Positions 60,908 to 64,000 of a stretch of DNA of 64,000 bases are shown one piece after another. The position numbers and the translations under genes were made by a program. The first letter of the stretch is position 1. Each line of letters starts with the position of its first letter. Under the pieces are notes generated by a model that was not told the origin of the DNA, made no database searches, and was given only the letters and a program-made list of their open reading frames with translations. This stretch comes from Spirochaetia bacterium (GTDB taxonomy: Bacteria; Spirochaetota; Spirochaetia; CAKZLE01), in the NCBI GenBank assembly GCA_963677595.1, contig OY782041.1, positions 1,632,001-1,696,000 on the forward strand, read 5' to 3'.

Positions 60908-61269
60908 TACAGGACCCCCATAAGATACGTTACTTTCGTAACATTCTCACGTGTGCAGGCCAACGCCTGCAGAGTGCAGCAGCATGCATATACCTGTTGG
61001 TGAAACCGGACCATCTCTTCAAGCGATAACCGTTGACACTGCTCATCTGGCTGTGTTCCTTCAATGTGGTAACAAACTATGCCATGCTCGGCCACCTCAT
61101 GTGCCTCATCTCGGTTGAGGGCTTTCATCCAACGCTTGAGCGTTGTTATTGTCACGGTAACCTCCGGCCTTTTGCAGTAGGTGAATACCGTGAGTCCGGA
61201 TTGCAGATAATCTTCGATAATCTGTTCTCGCTCCGCGGTCGTGTATGGTTCTATTCGTCTCATATTCAT
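60907..61269 (-). CDS. tnpA: IS66 accessory protein TnpA (HTH)
   Basis: SGLT...YC....V...TL..W; first gene of the element. Confidence 0.75.
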   Translation of the reverse strand: MNMRRIEPYTTAEREQIIEDYLQSGLTVFTYCKRPEVTVTITTLKRWMKALNRDEAHEVAEHGIVCYHIEGTQPDEQCQRLSLEEMVRFHQQVYACCCTLQALACTRENVTKVTYLMGVL

Positions 61270-61542
61270 CCTCCGCTGTTACGTTAGAGGATTCTCAACT
61301 CCCTGCATACTGTGTATGCGGTTTGATGCTCACTTTGAAGAAATACAATGATATGGTTCAAGCAGTCCTAATATTTGAGGATTTACTTAATGGAATATCC
61401 ATTTTATCAACAATGGATTTAAGGTCTCATAAACCATTTTATGAAAAAGTATTAGAAGTAAAGCAAAATGATTTACTTTTTTCAAAAAAGTAAGTATTAA
61501 CTGGTTTTCATAAATATGGCTTATATAAAGGATAATTGTAAA

Positions 61543-64000
61543 TTGAAATTTATAAATAATGGGCCAGATATTCCAAATAATCTATTTGAGGCGCATAAAG
61601 AGGGACGGGTAGTTTTCTTCTGTGGGGCGGGTATATCTTTCAATGCTGGGTTAAAAGGCTTTGGGTGGCTTGTTGATAAATTGCTTGATAAATTAGGAAA
61701 GGATGCAACTCCTTTAATCAAAAGGGCGTTAAAAGATAAACGGTATGATATAGCTATTGATCTATTAGAAAAAGATTATCCTGGTGGTCGGTTTTCAGTT
61801 AGAAAAGAATTAATCAAAATATTAAAGCCAGACATAAAGAAAAAAGGATCTTTCGAAACACATAAAGCTTTACTTGATCTTTCATCAGATCAAGACGGGC
61901 AGATTCGATTGGTTACAACAAATTTTGATCAATTATTTGAAATATCTGCCAAAGATCGCTCTCCAGAGGTTAAGAAATTTAATGCCCCATATTTACCAAT
62001 TCCTAAAAAAAATAAATGGGATGGATTGGTATATTTACATGGATTATTACCAAATACTGCAAATGAAAAAGACTTAAATCAGTTAGTCTTATCAAGTGGT
62101 GATTTTGGTCTAGCCTATTTAACAGAAAGATGGGCAGCTCGGTTTGTAACTGAGCTATTCAGGAATTATATAGTCTGTTTTGTAGGATACAGTATTGATG
62201 ATCCAATTATCAGATATATGATGGACGCTTTAGCTGCTGATCGTATGATGGGTGAAAAGCCTTTGGATTCATATGCTTTTTGCGCCTATAAAACTGGCAA
62301 AGAAAATTCAGTAAAAAATGAATGGGAAGCAAAAGGAGTAACGCCAATTCTATATGAATGGTCTAGAAGGTTTCCTAGGCATAACCTCTTACATAAAACT
62401 TTAAAAGCATGGGCATATATGCATAAACAAGGGCTAAAAGGACTAGAAGAAATAATACTTAATAGTGTATTAATCAAACCAACTTTGAGTACTGTTCAAG
62501 ATGATTCAATAAATCGTTTCCTATGGGCTATATCAGAAAAAACAGGGAAGATGGCGAAACTTTTTGCTGAATTTAATCCTGTACCCGCATTTGAATGGTT
62601 TGATGAATTAATCAAACCAGCATATGGAGTTAGTGATTTTATAAGATTTGGGATCTCTCCAAATGGGAAAACTGATTCAGATTTCCAGTTTAATATATTT
62701 AGACGACCTGCTCCAACGAACCTTGCAGATTATCCATCTTTTATGGGGCTAACATATAATTATGAGTATATAAATAATTGGGATGAAGTGCTGAAACACA
62801 TATCACGTTGGTTATTAAGATATATAAATAATCCTAAAGTCATTCTTTGGCTAACTAGTCAAAATGGAGAACTACATCCACAGTTTATTAGACTACTTGA
62901 AAGTAAATTGCATAAATTAGCAAAAATGGAAAAAGAGGGGAGGACCAAGGAACTGGAAGAACTTCGTAAAAATGCTCCAGAATCCATTCCTACCAACTTC
63001 ATGATTCGTTTATGGCGATTATTCATAGATGGTCAGATTCATATGAAAAAATCACGTATTTCAGAATACGATCTCTCAGAGAGATTAAAAAATGAAGAAT
63101 TCTCTTTTGATTTACATGTGCAATTACGAAAGTTCCTTTCGCCAAAAATAAAACTTGATAGACAATATTCATTGTCAGAAAAACCGACTAAATCCTTACC
63201 TCCAATTCGTTATGAGTTAAGTTTGGATTGTGGGTATTTATATAATACTTTGCATCATAATAAAGCAGATTGGTGGCAAAAAATATTGCCATTATTCTTT
63301 TTTGATGCACAACAACTATTAATCGATGCTATGAATTTACATAAGTATGTTAATAACAATGAAGTATATGATTTTTTAAATTTTGATATGCCTTCTATAA
63401 GTGAACATAGCCAAAATCAAAATAGGCATAATTGGATTCTATTAATTGAAATTGTTAGAGATGCCTGGCTAATTATCAAGGAACAAGATCCAATAAAAGC
63501 AAAGAAAATCGCAGTAGATTGGTTTGACTCTACATTTGTAGTCTTTAAAAGGCTTGCCTTATTTGCTGCTAGTTTTGATGATATCATACCTTCAGAGTTA
63601 TGGGTTGAGTGGGTATTGGCTGATAACTCATTTGCCTTATGGAATTTTCAAACAGGTAGAGAGTTATATAGGTTATTAGTTTTACAGGGTTGTGCTCTAA
63701 CAAATAAATCACAAAATTTACTAGAAAAGGGAATTTGTAGAGGTCCTCACCAGAATCAAGATGGGTCAGATGAGACTGATAAACAAAAGTATAGAGATAA
63801 TGAGATTTGGCTTCGTTTAGCAAAACTAAGATTATCAAAAAAGCTTGGAGAAGATGCAGAAAGTCTATTTCAAAACTTAACAGAAAAATATCCTAACAGG
63901 AAACTTGCCAGTGATGAGAGTGATGAATTTGTTATCTGGAGATCCTTCTCAACACACGTTAGAAGAAATGACTCAAGTTTTGATGAGTTGCCAGAAGACC
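61543..64000 (+). CDS. SIR2-domain anti-phage protein, Dsr1-like (partial, runs off window)
   Basis: Hand translation: MKFINNGPDIP..AHKEGRVVFFCGAGIS, LVTTNFD, YLHG, DFGLAYLTERWAARFV, FVGYS; in-frame ATG also at 61516. Confidence 0.88.
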   Translation, partial: MKFINNGPDIPNNLFEAHKEGRVVFFCGAGISFNAGLKGFGWLVDKLLDKLGKDATPLIKRALKDKRYDIAIDLLEKDYPGGRFSVRKELIKILKPDIKKKGSFETHKALLDLSSDQDGQIRLVTTNFDQLFEISAKDRSPEVKKFNAPYLPIPKKNKWDGLVYLHGLLPNTANEKDLNQLVLSSGDFGLAYLTERWAARFVTELFRNYIVCFVGYSIDDPIIRYMMDALAADRMMGEKPLDSYAFCAYKTGKENSVKNEWEAKGVTPILYEWSRRFPRHNLLHKTLKAWAYMHKQGLKGLEEIILNSVLIKPTLSTVQDDSINRFLWAISEKTGKMAKLFAEFNPVPAFEWFDELIKPAYGVSDFIRFGISPNGKTDSDFQFNIFRRPAPTNLADYPSFMGLTYNYEYINNWDEVLKHISRWLLRYINNPKVILWLTSQNGELHPQFIRLLESKLHKLAKMEKEGRTKELEELRKNAPESIPTNFMIRLWRLFIDGQIHMKKSRISEYDLSERLKNEEFSFDLHVQLRKFLSPKIKLDRQYSLSEKPTKSLPPIRYELSLDCGYLYNTLHHNKADWWQKILPLFFFDAQQLLIDAMNLHKYVNNNEVYDFLNFDMPSISEHSQNQNRHNWILLIEIVRDAWLIIKEQDPIKAKKIAVDWFDSTFVVFKRLALFAASFDDIIPSELWVEWVLADNSFALWNFQTGRELYRLLVLQGCALTNKSQNLLEKGICRGPHQNQDGSDETDKQKYRDNEIWLRLAKLRLSKKLGEDAESLFQNLTEKYPNRKLASDESDEFVIWRSFSTHVRRNDSSFDELPED

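Larger units (their letters stand above)
58420..61333 (-). mobile_element. IS66 family element (2914 bp)
   Basis: 22-bp perfect IR GTGAGCATCAAACCGCATACAC; 8-bp TSD TTTGAAGA. Confidence 0.93.
57723..61493 (+). pseudogene. HEPN domain protein split by IS66 (57723-58419 + 61342-61493, 282 aa restored)
   Basis: RHRYAH (RxxxxH) motif; removing the IS66 and one TSD gives an 849-nt open frame. Confidence 0.78.

Overview
Chromosomal window from a GC-rich anaerobic bacterium, most likely a spirochaete (Sphaerochaeta/Spirochaetia-like). This is inferred from the long spirochaete-type thymidine kinase and the signal-peptide style, not from a database search. The core part (1-50.2 kb) holds a nucleoside uptake/salvage cluster, a Crp/Fnr (HcpR-like) regulator with candidate sites, an [FeFe]-hydrogenase maturation operon (TM1266-like, hydF, hydG, hydE, mnmA) preceded by a structured ~240-nt leader, an IS110 element with a candidate bridge RNA, a six-gene chaperone-usher-like pilus locus divergent from a secreted GH114-like protein, and a TRAP/transketolase/transaldolase catabolic operon. 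After tRNA-Val(GAC) an AT-rich island begins. It carries an IS200, an IS1634-like element inserted into an identical copy of itself, and a DUF262 - HEPN - SIR2 (Dsr1-like) defence cluster. The HEPN gene is split by an IS66, and the SIR2 gene runs off the window and is missing from the ORF track. All family assignments are from motif recognition by eye.
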